Source: an uncultured Thermomicrobiales bacterium
GTDB taxonomy: Bacteria > Chloroflexota > Chloroflexia > Thermomicrobiales > UBA6265
Assembly: GCA_964244115.1 (NCBI GenBank)
Contig: CAXTHM010000013.1
Location: forward strand, 1,035 to 65,034
Reading direction: 5' to 3'
DNA: 64,000 nt
The position numbers were made by a program, and so were the translations under genes. Below the pieces are notes generated by a model. That model had not been told where the DNA came from and made no database searches. It was given only the letters and a program-made list of their open reading frames with translations. How positions within the stretch are numbered: the first letter of the stretch is position 1; the number at the start of each line of letters is the position of its first letter. This document shows positions 1 to 10,410 of this stretch, one piece after another.

Positions 1-159
1 TGCCTAGAATGTTGCGTTCACGCCAGCCACGCCGTCCATGCTGGCCCGGCCATACCGCAATCAGTGGGGGCGGTCCTCGACTCGGCCCGGGCGCGCCCGG
101 GCCGAACGGACGTCGATCCGCCGTCCGCCGCCCAGCCGAAACAAGGAAGCCACCTCGCC

Positions 160-1221
160 ATGAACACGCCAGACCCGACGCTCAACGGCCACAGTCACGG
201 CCAGGAGCCGCACCACGATCTCTACGACGTCACCATCATCGGTGCCGGTCCGACCGGCCTGTTCTCGGCCTTCTACGCCGGGCTCCGTGGCGCCCGCGTC
301 CAGATCATCGACTCCCTGGAGGAGGCCGGCGGAGCGCTGACCGCGATCTACCCGGAGAAGTACATCTACGACGTGATGGGCTTCCCGCGGGTGCTGGCCA
401 AGGACTTCGTCGAGCAGTGCCTGATCCAGTCCCGGCGTGGCGACCCGACGGTGCGCCTCAACGAGGAAGTCCGCGAGCTGGAGCGGATGCCGGACGGCAC
501 GATCCGGCTCGGGACGACCCGGGCCGACCGGTTCAGCAAGTCGGTCATCATCTGCGCCGGCGTCGGCGCCTTCGAGCCCAAGCGGCTCGAGACGCCTGGT
601 ATCGGCGATTTCGAGGGCCACGGCGTCCACTACTTCGCCAAGCGGGTCGAGGACTTCCGGGACAAGCACGTCGTCATCGTCGGCGGCGGCGACTCCGCGG
701 CGGACTGGGCGGTAACGCTCGAGCCGGTCGCCAAGCACGTCACGCTCGTCCACCGCTCGAAGTTTCGCGCCCACGAGTCGACCATCGCCGAACTCGAAAC
801 CTCGGACGTCGACCTCCGCTACCCTGGCTGCGAGATCGTCGCGGTGGGCGGCGATGCGACCGGGCATCTCTCGAACGTCACCTATCGCGATGCCGGCGGG
901 ATGGAGACGACGATCCCGGCCGAGGAACTGATCGTCGCGATCGGCTTCGTCGCCGACCTTGGCCCCCTGAAGACCTGGGGCTTCGATCTGCAGCGCAACC
1001 AGATCGTGGTCGACCCGATCACGATGGCGACGAACATCGCCGGCGTCTACGGGGCCGGCGACATCGTCGCCTACCCCGCCAAGTTCAAGCTGATCGCCAC
1101 CGGCGCGGCCGAGGCCGTCACCGCCGTGAATCACGCCATCACCCACATCGACCCGCGGGCCCGCCTCGACGCCGGCCACTCCACGACGATCATGGAGAAG
1201 CGTGAGAAGGCGACCCGCTAA
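160..1221 (+). CDS. Ferredoxin-NADP+ reductase, thioredoxin-reductase-like flavoprotein (YumC type)
   Basis: Within ORF 64..1221. FAD dinucleotide motif DVTIIGAGPTGL and a second motif VVIVGGGDSA. ATG at 160 is preceded by AAGGAAG. Strong GC3 bias. Confidence 0.85.
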   Translation: MNTPDPTLNGHSHGQEPHHDLYDVTIIGAGPTGLFSAFYAGLRGARVQIIDSLEEAGGALTAIYPEKYIYDVMGFPRVLAKDFVEQCLIQSRRGDPTVRLNEEVRELERMPDGTIRLGTTRADRFSKSVIICAGVGAFEPKRLETPGIGDFEGHGVHYFAKRVEDFRDKHVVIVGGGDSAADWAVTLEPVAKHVTLVHRSKFRAHESTIAELETSDVDLRYPGCEIVAVGGDATGHLSNVTYRDAGGMETTIPAEELIVAIGFVADLGPLKTWGFDLQRNQIVVDPITMATNIAGVYGAGDIVAYPAKFKLIATGAAEAVTAVNHAITHIDPRARLDAGHSTTIMEKREKATR

Positions 1222-1244
1222 GGCGGTTGTCCGGGAAGGACCCC

Positions 1245-1392
1245 ACGGCGGAGCAGGTTCACCCCAGCCGGGGTGAACCCGCTCGCTCACCCGCCCCATG
1301 CGGCGCTCGCTGCCCGGCGGCTTCGCAGGTGCCCGGAGCGGGGAGCACCTCTCGCTTGCTCTGACGCACCAAGCTTCAACCCGGATTCCGTA
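1245..1392 (+). repeat. Intergenic structured repeat, X-type, copy 1 (left end truncated, right TIR present)
   Basis: Shares blocks with the copies at 17533, 44658, 60244 and 61970: GGCGGAGCAG, CGCTCACCCGCC, GCAGGTGCCCGGAGCGGGGAGCA and CACCAAGCTTCAACCCGGATTCCGTA. Contains the hairpin GGTTCACCCC-AGCC-GGGGTGAACC at 1256-1279. Confidence 0.7.
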
Positions 1393-1641
1393 TCAGACCA
1401 CCTGTCCACTCATCCGCGATTTCCAGACGACCACGCGAGATCGAGAGACAGGAAGCGGACGGTTCTCCCGTTGCCGGGCGGTTTTAGCGACCGGTTTCAG
1501 GGGGCCGAATGACAGACGTCTGCCGGGAAGGGAACGGGGCCCTCTCCACATCACGCAGCGACGACCCGGGCGAAGGACGAAACGTCATTCATTCCCAGTA
1601 TGCTGGGCGGCTTCAGCGCCCGGTCACCGGGATCGAGTCGG

Positions 1642-4383
1642 TCAGCTTGCCCAACCAGTCCCGCGACGGCGCTGTCGCCGGGTGTGGGTCGCGAGCAGGC
1701 CGACGATCAGCAGGCCCGAGATCGCCGCGGCGATCGCGACCGCCCACGGCAACCAGCCAAGTTCCGGCTTCTCGTCGAGCGGGACCCCGGCGACGTAGCG
1801 GGACAGATGGGCCAGGGGAGCGGAGATTCCCGCCGCCTCCTGGTTCGTCACCCCGAGCTGGCTCAGCTCCCCGTCATCGACCCAGAAGACGACCGCATCA
1901 TCGCGGACGTTCACCGGTACATTGAGTCGCAGGACGACCCCGGCTGGAAGCGTCGTGACGACGCGACCATCGGAGCCGGTGATCTCGATGTCATAGCCGG
2001 AGGACGGCACCAGATCGACATCGGGCGAGACCGGGAGGTCCGCATCCGACACCTGAGCGATCGAGACGGTCATGGTCGAATCGAAGACGCCGGGCCCGAT
2101 GTGCAGCTCGGCCCCGGCCGGGTGGCGCACCGTCCCACCATCCGGCCCAATCTCCTGGGTCACCGCCTCGGCGGCCGGTGAGAGGGTCGGCGTCGCCAAC
2201 GGGGTCGAAACGACCGGCGAGGCAGGGGCAACGGTCGGACCATTGGTCGGACCGATCGTCGCCGTCGGGTACGCGGGCAGGGCACCACCGACCCGAGACC
2301 CCGGATCTGAACGGACCGGTGTCACGGTCGCCGTCGCCTGCGGTCGTCTCGTCGCGGTCGCCGTCGGCGGCACCACGGTCGGCGTGGGCGGCACTGCGGT
2401 CGCGGTCGGCGGCACCGCGGTCACTGTCGGCGGGACGGGCGATGCGGTCGGTATCGGCGGGACACTGGTCGCGGTCGGTGGGACGGGCGTCGGAGGAACG
2501 GCTGTCGAGGTCGGTGTCGGCGGGGTTGCGGTCGCGGTCGGAGGAGGCGTGGCCTGGACCGCCAGTGCCGCCTCTGTCACCGCGGAGGTCGCGGTCGGAG
2601 GGATCTGCGTCGGGACCGGGCTCGCTGGCGGCGAGGTCGCGGGAGGTGGAGGCGTCGCCGTCGGCGGCACGGGCACCGTCGTCAGGGTGGCCGTCGCGGT
2701 CGGCGGGACGCGTGTCTCGGTGGCTGGCGGACGGGAGTCGGGCGGGGTCGTGCCAACCACCGTTGCCGGTGGTGCCGTGCTCGCGGTGGTCGGCGCGGAT
2801 CGGGTCGGTCCCGCGGTGGCTCCAGTCGTGGGCGCGGTCGGCGCCCCACTGGCCGGCGGGACCGACGTCGGCGGTGCATCGGGCAGCGGTGCGCTGGTCG
2901 GGACGGACGGGTAGGTCGCTCCCGGCGGGACGGTCGCCGCTCCGCCGAAATCCGTGCCATCGCCGGGTCGGACGGTCGGCGAAGGCGCTGGTCCGTCGCC
3001 CGAATCGATCCCATCCCCCGTCCCGGTACCGGGGACGGTCGATGGGGGGTCACTCCCCGGGTCGGTGCCATCGGTGGGATCGGTACCGGGCACGGTGGCG
3101 GACGCGACGGGTTGCCCCGCGCCGACGGAGGCGGTCGGTCGAACCGTCGCCTCACCGGCGACTGGCAGCGTCGCCGTGATCGTGGCGGTCACGACGGCTC
3201 CGGTCGGCTCGCCGGTCGACGTGTCGCCGACGACCTCGACCCGACAGGAGCCGACGACCATCCCGCTCGTCCCGTATACCCGGATCGTGGCGGTCTGCGC
3301 GATCGCCGGAGCGCTCCAGGTCAGCACGGCGGTGCTGCCCTCACCGAGCGAGAACGCCAGCGCGGTGCCGTCGGTGCCAGGGTCGTAGTCGGTGTTCGGC
3401 GACGTCCGCGGCCACGAGCCGGCTGACGCGTCGAGCATGACGCTGCCGGCCCCCGTCACCGAGACCGGCAGGGGCTGCCCTACGCCGACCGACGGGGCGC
3501 AGGCGACCGACAACGCGACGGGGACTTCGACAGCGGTGACCAGGGTCGGCGTCGTGACGAGCACGGCGCCGCCGGCATCCAGGAGCGAGAAGGTCACGAC
3601 CGTATCGACCGTCACGTCCGGCGCCACCCACGCCACGGCCGCATCGCCGGCGCCGGGGTAGGACGCCGTGCCGGTGTCCGGGAAGTAGCCGCCATCCGCG
3701 GTCAGCGTTCCCGCGGTGCCGCCACCGCTGGCGGTAACGGTGCCGCTCCCGCCCGAGACGACTGCGTCAGGCGAGTAGAGGGTCGCGGGCGCAACGACGG
3801 TCGCGGTCGGCTCCGAGGCGGGCGCGGAGGCGGAGGTGAAGCCGTCAGCGTACGAGACGATGTCGGTCGAGAGCCCCTGGCTGTTGGCCCAGTAACTGAT
3901 GCCCCCCTCTCGCCAGTAGACCGCGTCGTAGATCGGGGTCGGGTCGTGATAGGCCGCATTGCCTCGAACGGTGGAATTGACCGTGAGTTCGACGTTGAGG
4001 TCGTAGGCCGATCCAGCCGGGATGTACCCGTTCAGGTAGCCCCGCACATCGAGGAACGTCGGTGCGCCACCGCCGACATACCAGTAGATGCGGTAGGAGG
4101 TCCCGTCGATCGAGATGGACGGGACGACGCCGGCGAACGGCTCGGGGACGTACGACGGCACAAGGGCGGGCCAGTCGTTGGCGAAGCGGGCGGCCTGCTC
4201 CGGTGTCATCCAGCCCGGATAGCTCTGGGCGGCTACGGATTCCAGGCCGGGCGCGACCGGTCCGACTGGCGCGTAGCCGCCGATCGGAAGCAGCACCGCC
4301 AGCACGACCAGCAGCGAGAGCACCGCTAACCGACCCCGTCCGCGCCATCCCAATCGAAGCTCGTCCACCCGTTCCCTCATCAC
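1642..4383 (-). CDS. Large Pro/Thr-rich surface protein with an N-terminal signal/TM segment and a C-terminal TM anchor
   Basis: 913-aa ORF. N-terminal hydrophobic LAVLSLLVVLAVLLPIGG. Long PPTATA/VPPTPT low-complexity linker. C-terminal WLPWAVAIAAAISGLLIVGLLA followed by the basic RRQRRR. No family recognised for the globular parts. Confidence 0.65.
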   Translation of the reverse strand: MMRERVDELRLGWRGRGRLAVLSLLVVLAVLLPIGGYAPVGPVAPGLESVAAQSYPGWMTPEQAARFANDWPALVPSYVPEPFAGVVPSISIDGTSYRIYWYVGGGAPTFLDVRGYLNGYIPAGSAYDLNVELTVNSTVRGNAAYHDPTPIYDAVYWREGGISYWANSQGLSTDIVSYADGFTSASAPASEPTATVVAPATLYSPDAVVSGGSGTVTASGGGTAGTLTADGGYFPDTGTASYPGAGDAAVAWVAPDVTVDTVVTFSLLDAGGAVLVTTPTLVTAVEVPVALSVACAPSVGVGQPLPVSVTGAGSVMLDASAGSWPRTSPNTDYDPGTDGTALAFSLGEGSTAVLTWSAPAIAQTATIRVYGTSGMVVGSCRVEVVGDTSTGEPTGAVVTATITATLPVAGEATVRPTASVGAGQPVASATVPGTDPTDGTDPGSDPPSTVPGTGTGDGIDSGDGPAPSPTVRPGDGTDFGGAATVPPGATYPSVPTSAPLPDAPPTSVPPASGAPTAPTTGATAGPTRSAPTTASTAPPATVVGTTPPDSRPPATETRVPPTATATLTTVPVPPTATPPPPATSPPASPVPTQIPPTATSAVTEAALAVQATPPPTATATPPTPTSTAVPPTPVPPTATSVPPIPTASPVPPTVTAVPPTATAVPPTPTVVPPTATATRRPQATATVTPVRSDPGSRVGGALPAYPTATIGPTNGPTVAPASPVVSTPLATPTLSPAAEAVTQEIGPDGGTVRHPAGAELHIGPGVFDSTMTVSIAQVSDADLPVSPDVDLVPSSGYDIEITGSDGRVVTTLPAGVVLRLNVPVNVRDDAVVFWVDDGELSQLGVTNQEAAGISAPLAHLSRYVAGVPLDEKPELGWLPWAVAIAAAISGLLIVGLLATHTRRQRRRGTGWAS
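2320..2720. repeat. Degenerate in-frame tandem repeats encoding the (V/T)PPTAT linker
   Basis: Repeated GGTCGCGGTCGGCGGCAC(C/T)GCG-like units visible on the + strand. They translate on the - strand to PPTATAVPPTPTVVPPTATAT. Confidence 0.55.
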
Positions 4384-4496
4384 CCTGGCCGGCCCGCTGG
4401 AGGCGAAGACCCATACGGACGAATGTTCGTTCCCACTGAGCCTACCACCGCCGGAAGTCGGTTTCGATGCGCGATCGTCCCCATCCCGTCGCGATG

Positions 4497-6749
4497 CTAT
4501 GTCAACTCCAGCGTTCCCTCGCCCAACAACAGGTACGGACCCTCGCCGACGACGCCGTCCGGGGCACCGTTCGTGATCGTGATCGTGTTCTCCCCGTCGA
4601 CGAACGCGACGGCTGGCAGCGTCGCGGTGAGCTGGGCGAACTGCGGCGGCGTACTCGCGTCCCAGTTCGGGAACGTCACATCGCCGGAGGCACTCCGCAG
4701 CGTCTGACCATTGACCGCGACGGTGAAGGGGTTCGCCGCCGCGTACTCGTCGTCGAGACCGGTGATGGTCAGCGTGAGGTCAGCGGTCGGGACGCCCTCC
4801 AGCGTGAAGGTCAGCGACGCCTGCTCATAGCCGCTGCCTTGGCCGTAGATCGCCACGCAGTCACGCCCGTACAGGTCGGTATCGAGGTCGGCGTAGGCGC
4901 CCTGCCAGTCCGACGGAGCGATGACGATGGAATCGCCGCCCTGCCCGGAGGCCGACAGCAGCCGGGCCGCGCTGCCGTTCACAGGATCACCATTCCCGTT
5001 AGCGGGGCCACCAGCGTCCTCGGGCTGGGTCGGATCGACCTCGACCACCGCTGGCGTCTCGCCCGGTACCGGGGCGATCGTCGGCGAGAGGGTGGCAGGT
5101 GGGATCGTGGCGGTAGCCGTGGCCGTCGGCGGCGTGGTCGGTCGCACCGTAGCGGTCGGTGGTGACGTAACGGTCGCGGGCGGCAGGGTCGCCGTCGCCA
5201 TCTCGGTTGCGGGCGGGTCGGTCTCGGTCGCCGGCACGACGGTTTCAGTCGGGGTCCGCGTCGGTGTCACGGCGGCCATCACGGTCGAGGTGGCGGCTGG
5301 CGCCTCGTTGGTCGGTCCGGCCGTGGCCGTGGCCGTCGGCTGATCGGTCGCGGCGGCGAGACCAGGCGATCGGTCATCACCGCCGCGATCGAAGGGGCCG
5401 AACTCGGTCGCGGCCGCCACGACGCCGACGGCCAGCAGACCGAACAGGATCGTCAGCAGCGCCGCCAGCCAGCCGCGACGGTGGCCCCCGGAACCCGCCG
5501 GGGCCAGCGCCGGCGGTGGCGTCCCGTCACCACCCTGCCCGGCCAGCCAGGGGGGCGTGGCCGGTCGCTGGGGCGGTAGCGCCTGCCCGTAGCCGCCAGC
5601 GCTAGGCCGAACGATCGTCCGGTCGCCTCCGATCGGAACCGCCTGGCCGACTGCGGCCGCGCCGACGACGGTGGTGGCCTCGTCGCCACGGCTGGCGACG
5701 GCCGGGGCGGCGGGTCCACCGGCGAGGGCCGTTGCCATCGCCGCGGAGGATGGGAACCGCTGCGCCGGGTCCTTCGCCATCGCCCGCAGGATGATCTGCT
5801 CGACCCACGGCGGGATCTGGACGCCCGGCGCCGCCTGGCTCGGTGGCGTCGGGCGGGACTGGAGGTGCGCCATCATGACGGCCATCGGGTTCTCGCCCGT
5901 GAACGGCACCCGGCCGGTCAGCATCTCGTAGAAGACCACCCCGACGGCGTAGATGTCGGTCGCCTGGGTGACAGGTTCCCCGCGGGCCTGCTCCGGCGCC
6001 ATGTACGAGGCGGTCCCGACCGTCATCCCCTGCGTCGTCAGCCCCTCGGAGAGCGCCGCGTAGGCGACGCCGAAGTCGGTCACCTGGGCGGTCCCGTCGG
6101 GCGTGATGAGGATGTTCTGCGGCTTGACGTCGCGGTGGACGATCCCGGCGGCGTGGATCGCCCCGAGACCGCGCAGCACCTGCTGGACCAGCGGCGTGGC
6201 CCGCGCCACCGGGAGCCGCCCCTGCTCCTGGATGACGTGCTTGAGGTCGCTGCCCGGGACCAGCCGCATCACGATGTACGAGACGTCGCCGTCGGTGCCG
6301 ACATCGTAGACATCGACCACATTCGGGTGGCTGATCGACGCGGCCAGCTCGGCCTCCCGGACGAACCGGGAGACCAGCTCGGTGTCGCCGGACAGGTGCG
6401 AGCGCAGGACCTTGATCGCGACCGTCCGCTTCAGGCGCGTGTCGTGGGCGCGATAGGTGATGGCGTGGGCGCCCTCACCGATCCGGGCCTGGATCGCATA
6501 GCGACCGCCGATCACCGTCTGGGCGCCGGACAGGGTCTGGCCGCTCGGACTGATCTGGTTCGGGTCGCCGCCGATGGGTGACTGGGCGCCGGTCCGCTGG
6601 GAGCCATCGACGCCGTTCGGCCGGGAGGGCTGGAAGCGCCGCTGTGATTCCGTCAAGCCGGAGTGCCTCTCATTCGCTGGTTCGATCGCGTCACGACGGC
6701 ACAGGGACGCTCGTGAGCGGGTCATCGACCTCGCGACCGGGACGATCAT
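4497..6749 (-). CDS. Ser/Thr protein kinase (Hanks type) with a TM segment, PT-rich linker and unknown extracellular C-terminal domain
   Basis: Glycine loop IGEGAHAITY, VAIKVL lysine, catalytic HRDVKPQNIL, DFG, APE. TM WLAALLTILFGLLAVGVVAA. The start codon is uncertain and could lie downstream of 6749. Confidence 0.85.
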   Translation of the reverse strand: MIVPVARSMTRSRASLCRRDAIEPANERHSGLTESQRRFQPSRPNGVDGSQRTGAQSPIGGDPNQISPSGQTLSGAQTVIGGRYAIQARIGEGAHAITYRAHDTRLKRTVAIKVLRSHLSGDTELVSRFVREAELAASISHPNVVDVYDVGTDGDVSYIVMRLVPGSDLKHVIQEQGRLPVARATPLVQQVLRGLGAIHAAGIVHRDVKPQNILITPDGTAQVTDFGVAYAALSEGLTTQGMTVGTASYMAPEQARGEPVTQATDIYAVGVVFYEMLTGRVPFTGENPMAVMMAHLQSRPTPPSQAAPGVQIPPWVEQIILRAMAKDPAQRFPSSAAMATALAGGPAAPAVASRGDEATTVVGAAAVGQAVPIGGDRTIVRPSAGGYGQALPPQRPATPPWLAGQGGDGTPPPALAPAGSGGHRRGWLAALLTILFGLLAVGVVAAATEFGPFDRGGDDRSPGLAAATDQPTATATAGPTNEAPAATSTVMAAVTPTRTPTETVVPATETDPPATEMATATLPPATVTSPPTATVRPTTPPTATATATIPPATLSPTIAPVPGETPAVVEVDPTQPEDAGGPANGNGDPVNGSAARLLSASGQGGDSIVIAPSDWQGAYADLDTDLYGRDCVAIYGQGSGYEQASLTFTLEGVPTADLTLTITGLDDEYAAANPFTVAVNGQTLRSASGDVTFPNWDASTPPQFAQLTATLPAVAFVDGENTITITNGAPDGVVGEGPYLLLGEGTLELT

Positions 6750-6981
6750 CGGGGCAAGGATAGCCGACGCGGTCGGAGCGGCAGGGACGGATCGTGCCCG
6801 GCTGGTGCGCCAGCCCGATCATGCGATGCGCCCAGTATCGCTAACGCACCACGCGGACACCCGGTGTCACTCACTATTGAAGACGAGGTCAAACGACGGA
6901 CGCGAAGGCGCCTACTTGGGCCCCGGCATCGTCATATCCCGTCGGCGATACTGTCCGGGTGCCTGCCTTTCGCCGGGACCG

Positions 6982-8325
6982 ATGCGATACGTCATGGTTG
7001 TTCTCAAGAGGGTGAGGCCAGTGCGCGGGTTCAGACGGCGCTCCGGCTCGGGCGAACCACTCGTCGATCGGCGGCGGGCGAAGATCCTTGCCTGGGCCTG
7101 CGTCCTGATCGCGGTCAACCAGATCGGTTTCGGGTCGGTCGTCCCGGTCCTGCCGCTCTACGCCGAGACGTACGGCGTCTCCGAGTTCGCCGTCGGTCTG
7201 ACGATCGCGATCTACGGCCTGGCCCGGTTCATCGCCAACGTCCCGGCCGGGCGGCTCGCCGATCTCCGGGGGCGGCGGGCGACGCTGGCCGTCGGCGGGA
7301 TCATCACCGTCGTGGGCAACCTGTTGACGGCGGTCGCGCCGAACTACGAGTTCTTCCTCGGGGCCCGGTTCCTCTCCGGCCTCGGCGCGGCGGCGGTGCT
7401 GACGGGCGGCCAACTGGTCGTCAACGACATCGCCTCCCCGCAGAACCGGGGTCGGCTGATGTCGATCTACCAGGGCGTCTTCGGCTTCGCCGTCGGCATC
7501 GGCCCCATCCCCGGCGGCTTCCTCGCCGACCGGTTCGGCCTCGAGCTCCCGTTCATCGCCTACGCGGTCCTCGCCGGGGGCGTCACTCTGATCGCCTGGT
7601 TCGCGATGCCGGAGACCCGCGACCTCCGTGCCCAGCAGACCGCCACGCCTTCGCCCGCATCCGACTTCGCCGGCTCGACACCCGCGGCCGACAGCAGCTC
7701 CGGGACGACGCTGCCCGCACCGCTGTCCCCCGCGACCCGGACCTCGTTCCTGCTCATCTGCGGCGTGAGCTTCAGCAGTTTCTTCGCCCGGACCGGCGCC
7801 CTGTTCAGCGTCATCCCGCTGATGGCGACCAACCAGATGGGCCTCTCGACCGGGCAGATCGGTCTGGGGCTCGGGATGAACAGCCTGATGAGCGTCCTGC
7901 TCGCCTACCCGTCCGGCTGGATGACCGATCGCTTCGGGCGCAAGGCGGTGATCGTCCCCTCGACGATCCTGACCGGGGCATCGCTGCTCCTGTTCGGGAT
8001 CGCGGACGGGTTCGGCGGCTACGTCTTCGCCGCGCTGATCTGGGGCACGGCCGGCGGGATCTCCTCGTCCGCCCCGGCGGCCTACGCCGCCGACCTCGCC
8101 CCACCGGGCCGCTCGGCCTGGCTCCTGAGCCGCTACCGGACCTTCGCCGACGCCGGCTACGTCGCCGGCCCGCTGACGCTCGGCTTCATCGCCACCGCCG
8201 TCAGCCCGGTCGCCGCGCTCTGGGCCTGCGCCGGGCTGCTCGTCGTCGCGGGCGCCACGTTCGCCGCCCGCGCACCGGAGACGCTCCCGGCGCGACTGCG
8301 AGCGGTCCGATCGGTCGGATCGTGA
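6982..8325 (+). CDS. MFS transporter
   Basis: In-frame part of ORF 6574..8325. About 12 hydrophobic segments. MFS loop motif GRLADLRGRR. ATG at 6982 chosen because the upstream part overlaps the kinase gene region. Confidence 0.8.
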   Translation: MRYVMVVLKRVRPVRGFRRRSGSGEPLVDRRRAKILAWACVLIAVNQIGFGSVVPVLPLYAETYGVSEFAVGLTIAIYGLARFIANVPAGRLADLRGRRATLAVGGIITVVGNLLTAVAPNYEFFLGARFLSGLGAAAVLTGGQLVVNDIASPQNRGRLMSIYQGVFGFAVGIGPIPGGFLADRFGLELPFIAYAVLAGGVTLIAWFAMPETRDLRAQQTATPSPASDFAGSTPAADSSSGTTLPAPLSPATRTSFLLICGVSFSSFFARTGALFSVIPLMATNQMGLSTGQIGLGLGMNSLMSVLLAYPSGWMTDRFGRKAVIVPSTILTGASLLLFGIADGFGGYVFAALIWGTAGGISSSAPAAYAADLAPPGRSAWLLSRYRTFADAGYVAGPLTLGFIATAVSPVAALWACAGLLVVAGATFAARAPETLPARLRAVRSVGS

Positions 8326-8477
8326 CCGGCCTCGCGTCACTGCGACCCGTCACCGACGCGAGGCCGGTCCCGGCGAGATCGGCAAGACGGCCGGGATGCG
8401 GCACGATCCGGTCCCGCCGAGCGGACCCGGCCGGGGACGACCGGTTCGGGAGATCCGGCCGACATCGAGACGACCAC

Positions 8478-10358
8478 TTATGACAACAGCGTCTCGGCGG
8501 CCTGGAGGTACCGACCCTCATGGGTCGCATCGGCCGTCCTCGTCGCCGCGATCGGCAAGGTGAAGAGGAATGTCGCCCCCTGGTCGAGGGTGCTCCGGGC
8601 GGCGATCGTGCCGCCGTGGATCATGACGATGTGCTTGGCGATCGCCAGACCGAGACCGGTCCCGTCCGAGCGCCGGGCCTTGTCCGTCTTGTAGAACCGC
8701 TCGAACAGGCGCGGCAGCTCCTCCGGCCCGATCCCGACCCCGGTGTCGCGGACCTTGACCAGCAGCATCTCGCCCTGGACCTCGGCCCGGACCGAGATCA
8801 CCCCGCCGGGCGGCGTGAACTTGATCGCATTGTGGACGAGGTTGAGCAGGACCTGCTCGATCCGGCTGCGGTCGGCCAGGACATCCGGTAGATCCGGGCT
8901 GATATCCACGTCCAGGGTCAGCCGGGCGCGGTCGACCTGCGGGAGCAGCCGCTGGGCGCCATGAGTTAGGAGATCGGCCGGGGAGAGCGGTTCCAGCCGC
9001 AGCGAGACCCGGCCCGATTCCAGCCGGGCGAGATCGAGGAGCTCATCGACCAGCGACGCCAGGCGATCGACCTCGACGACGATCCGGCCGAGGAAATCGT
9101 AGGCCAGCTCCGGCTCCTCGATCGCGCCGACCTCCAGCGTCTCGACCAGCGCCCGGATCGAGGCCAGCGGTGTCCGCAGCTCGTGGGAGACATTCGCGAC
9201 GAACTCCCGCCGGACCTGCTCCAGCCGGCGGAGCTCGGTCTGATCGCGCAGGACGACCAGGGTGAGCTGGTTGTCGTCGCCGATGACGGGCTGGGCGATC
9301 GCGTCGACCTTCCGGCGCTCGAACCCGAGCTCGATGCCGGTCCCGCGCGCGATCTGCCCGGTTCGCATCGACTGGCGATGCAACTCGTTCAGCTCGTGGT
9401 CACGCGTCACCATCACGAACGGCAGCCCGATGACCTCGTCGAGATCGACGTTCAGCAACCGGGCCGCCGAGGCATTGAGGCGGACCACTTCGCCGGCCAT
9501 CCCGGTCAGGATGACCCCGTCCGACAGCGTCGAGAGCGTGGATTCGAGCTGGGCGCGGGACTGACGGATCTCGGCGACCAGATCCTGGAGCTCGATCACC
9601 ATGGCGTTGAACGACGACCGGAGATCCCCGAGCTCGTCGAACCGGCTCGGCCGGACATCGATCTCCAGCCGGCCGGCGGCAATCCGCCGAACGTGAGTCC
9701 GTGTCTGCCCGATCCCGCGCGCGACGCGGTTGACGGCGAGCAGGGTGACGGCGGCGACGGCCAGCAGGGTGACGCCGGCGATCAGGAGGACGCGGTCTCG
9801 GACGGTCGCCACCCGGTCGTCGACCGTCGCGGTCGGCAGGCCGACGCGGATGATGAGGCCAGGCTCGGCGACGGTGCCGCCCGGGACCGGCACCGAGGCA
9901 TAGCGGTACCGCTCACCACCGGGGACGAGGGAGCCCTCGTTGATGGCCTCCAGCCCGGCCCCGGCGTCGATGACGGCCGGGTTGAGGCGGAGGTTGGCGA
10001 TCGTCTCGGGGTCGACCGCCGAGTCGCCGATCACCACGCCATCGGGGCGGACGACCGTCACGCGGGCACCGAGCGACACCGCGACGCCCGACGCGAACGC
10101 CTGCGCGTCGCCGGTCACCGTGTCGGCTCCGGCTGGAAGCGCCCCGGCCGCCTCGCTCGCGGCCAGCCGTCCCTCGGCGATCAGCGTCGTATCGAGCTGC
10201 CCCAGATAGAGGTCGCGACTGACGCCGACGATCGACGATGCGAGGACCGCCAGGCCGATCAGGAGGACGAGGAGGATCGGGACCACGACCTGTCCCCGGA
10301 GAGTCCGGGGCAGGAAGGGCAACCCGCCGGCGACCTCGACGACTCCGGGACGGGCCAC
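8478..10358 (-). CDS. Sensor histidine kinase (PhoR-like: TM, HAMP, PAS, HisKA, HATPase)
   Basis: H-box SHELRTPLASI, N-box LLNLVHNAIKFT, DTGVGI, GTGLGLAIAK. The ORF runs to 10559 but that part overlaps the upstream regulator. A GTG at 10358 is one possible start. The start is uncertain. Confidence 0.8.
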   Translation of the reverse strand: MARPGVVEVAGGLPFLPRTLRGQVVVPILLVLLIGLAVLASSIVGVSRDLYLGQLDTTLIAEGRLAASEAAGALPAGADTVTGDAQAFASGVAVSLGARVTVVRPDGVVIGDSAVDPETIANLRLNPAVIDAGAGLEAINEGSLVPGGERYRYASVPVPGGTVAEPGLIIRVGLPTATVDDRVATVRDRVLLIAGVTLLAVAAVTLLAVNRVARGIGQTRTHVRRIAAGRLEIDVRPSRFDELGDLRSSFNAMVIELQDLVAEIRQSRAQLESTLSTLSDGVILTGMAGEVVRLNASAARLLNVDLDEVIGLPFVMVTRDHELNELHRQSMRTGQIARGTGIELGFERRKVDAIAQPVIGDDNQLTLVVLRDQTELRRLEQVRREFVANVSHELRTPLASIRALVETLEVGAIEEPELAYDFLGRIVVEVDRLASLVDELLDLARLESGRVSLRLEPLSPADLLTHGAQRLLPQVDRARLTLDVDISPDLPDVLADRSRIEQVLLNLVHNAIKFTPPGGVISVRAEVQGEMLLVKVRDTGVGIGPEELPRLFERFYKTDKARRSDGTGLGLAIAKHIVMIHGGTIAARSTLDQGATFLFTLPIAATRTADATHEGRYLQAAETLLS

Positions 10359-10410
10359 CGGGCCGCGCGTCTGCCTGGCGGGAGATGGGTCCGGAATCGG
10401 CGGGAGGGCG

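Noticed and set aside
1226-1245. GTCCGGGAAGGA, resembling the SRP RNA conserved GTCCGGAAGGAAGC.
   Set aside because: The match is short and imperfect, and the surrounding sequence lacks the SRP helix 8 symmetric and asymmetric loops. It is part of the repeat flank.
61-1299. 412-aa ORF antisense to the ferredoxin-NADP reductase gene. Similar long antisense or off-frame ORFs occur at 6889-8340, 17232-19439, 24398-25705, 58201-60366 and 62419-63660.
   Set aside because: They are Arg/Gly/Pro/Asp-rich with no motifs and lie exactly opposite well-supported genes. This is the expected stop-codon-poor artefact in very GC-rich DNA.
2320-2720. Periodic GC-rich repeats that could be mistaken for a CRISPR-like array. 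A similar tract lies at about 5100-5340.
   Set aside because: The units are degenerate, contiguous without unique spacers, and in frame within PT-rich protein linkers.
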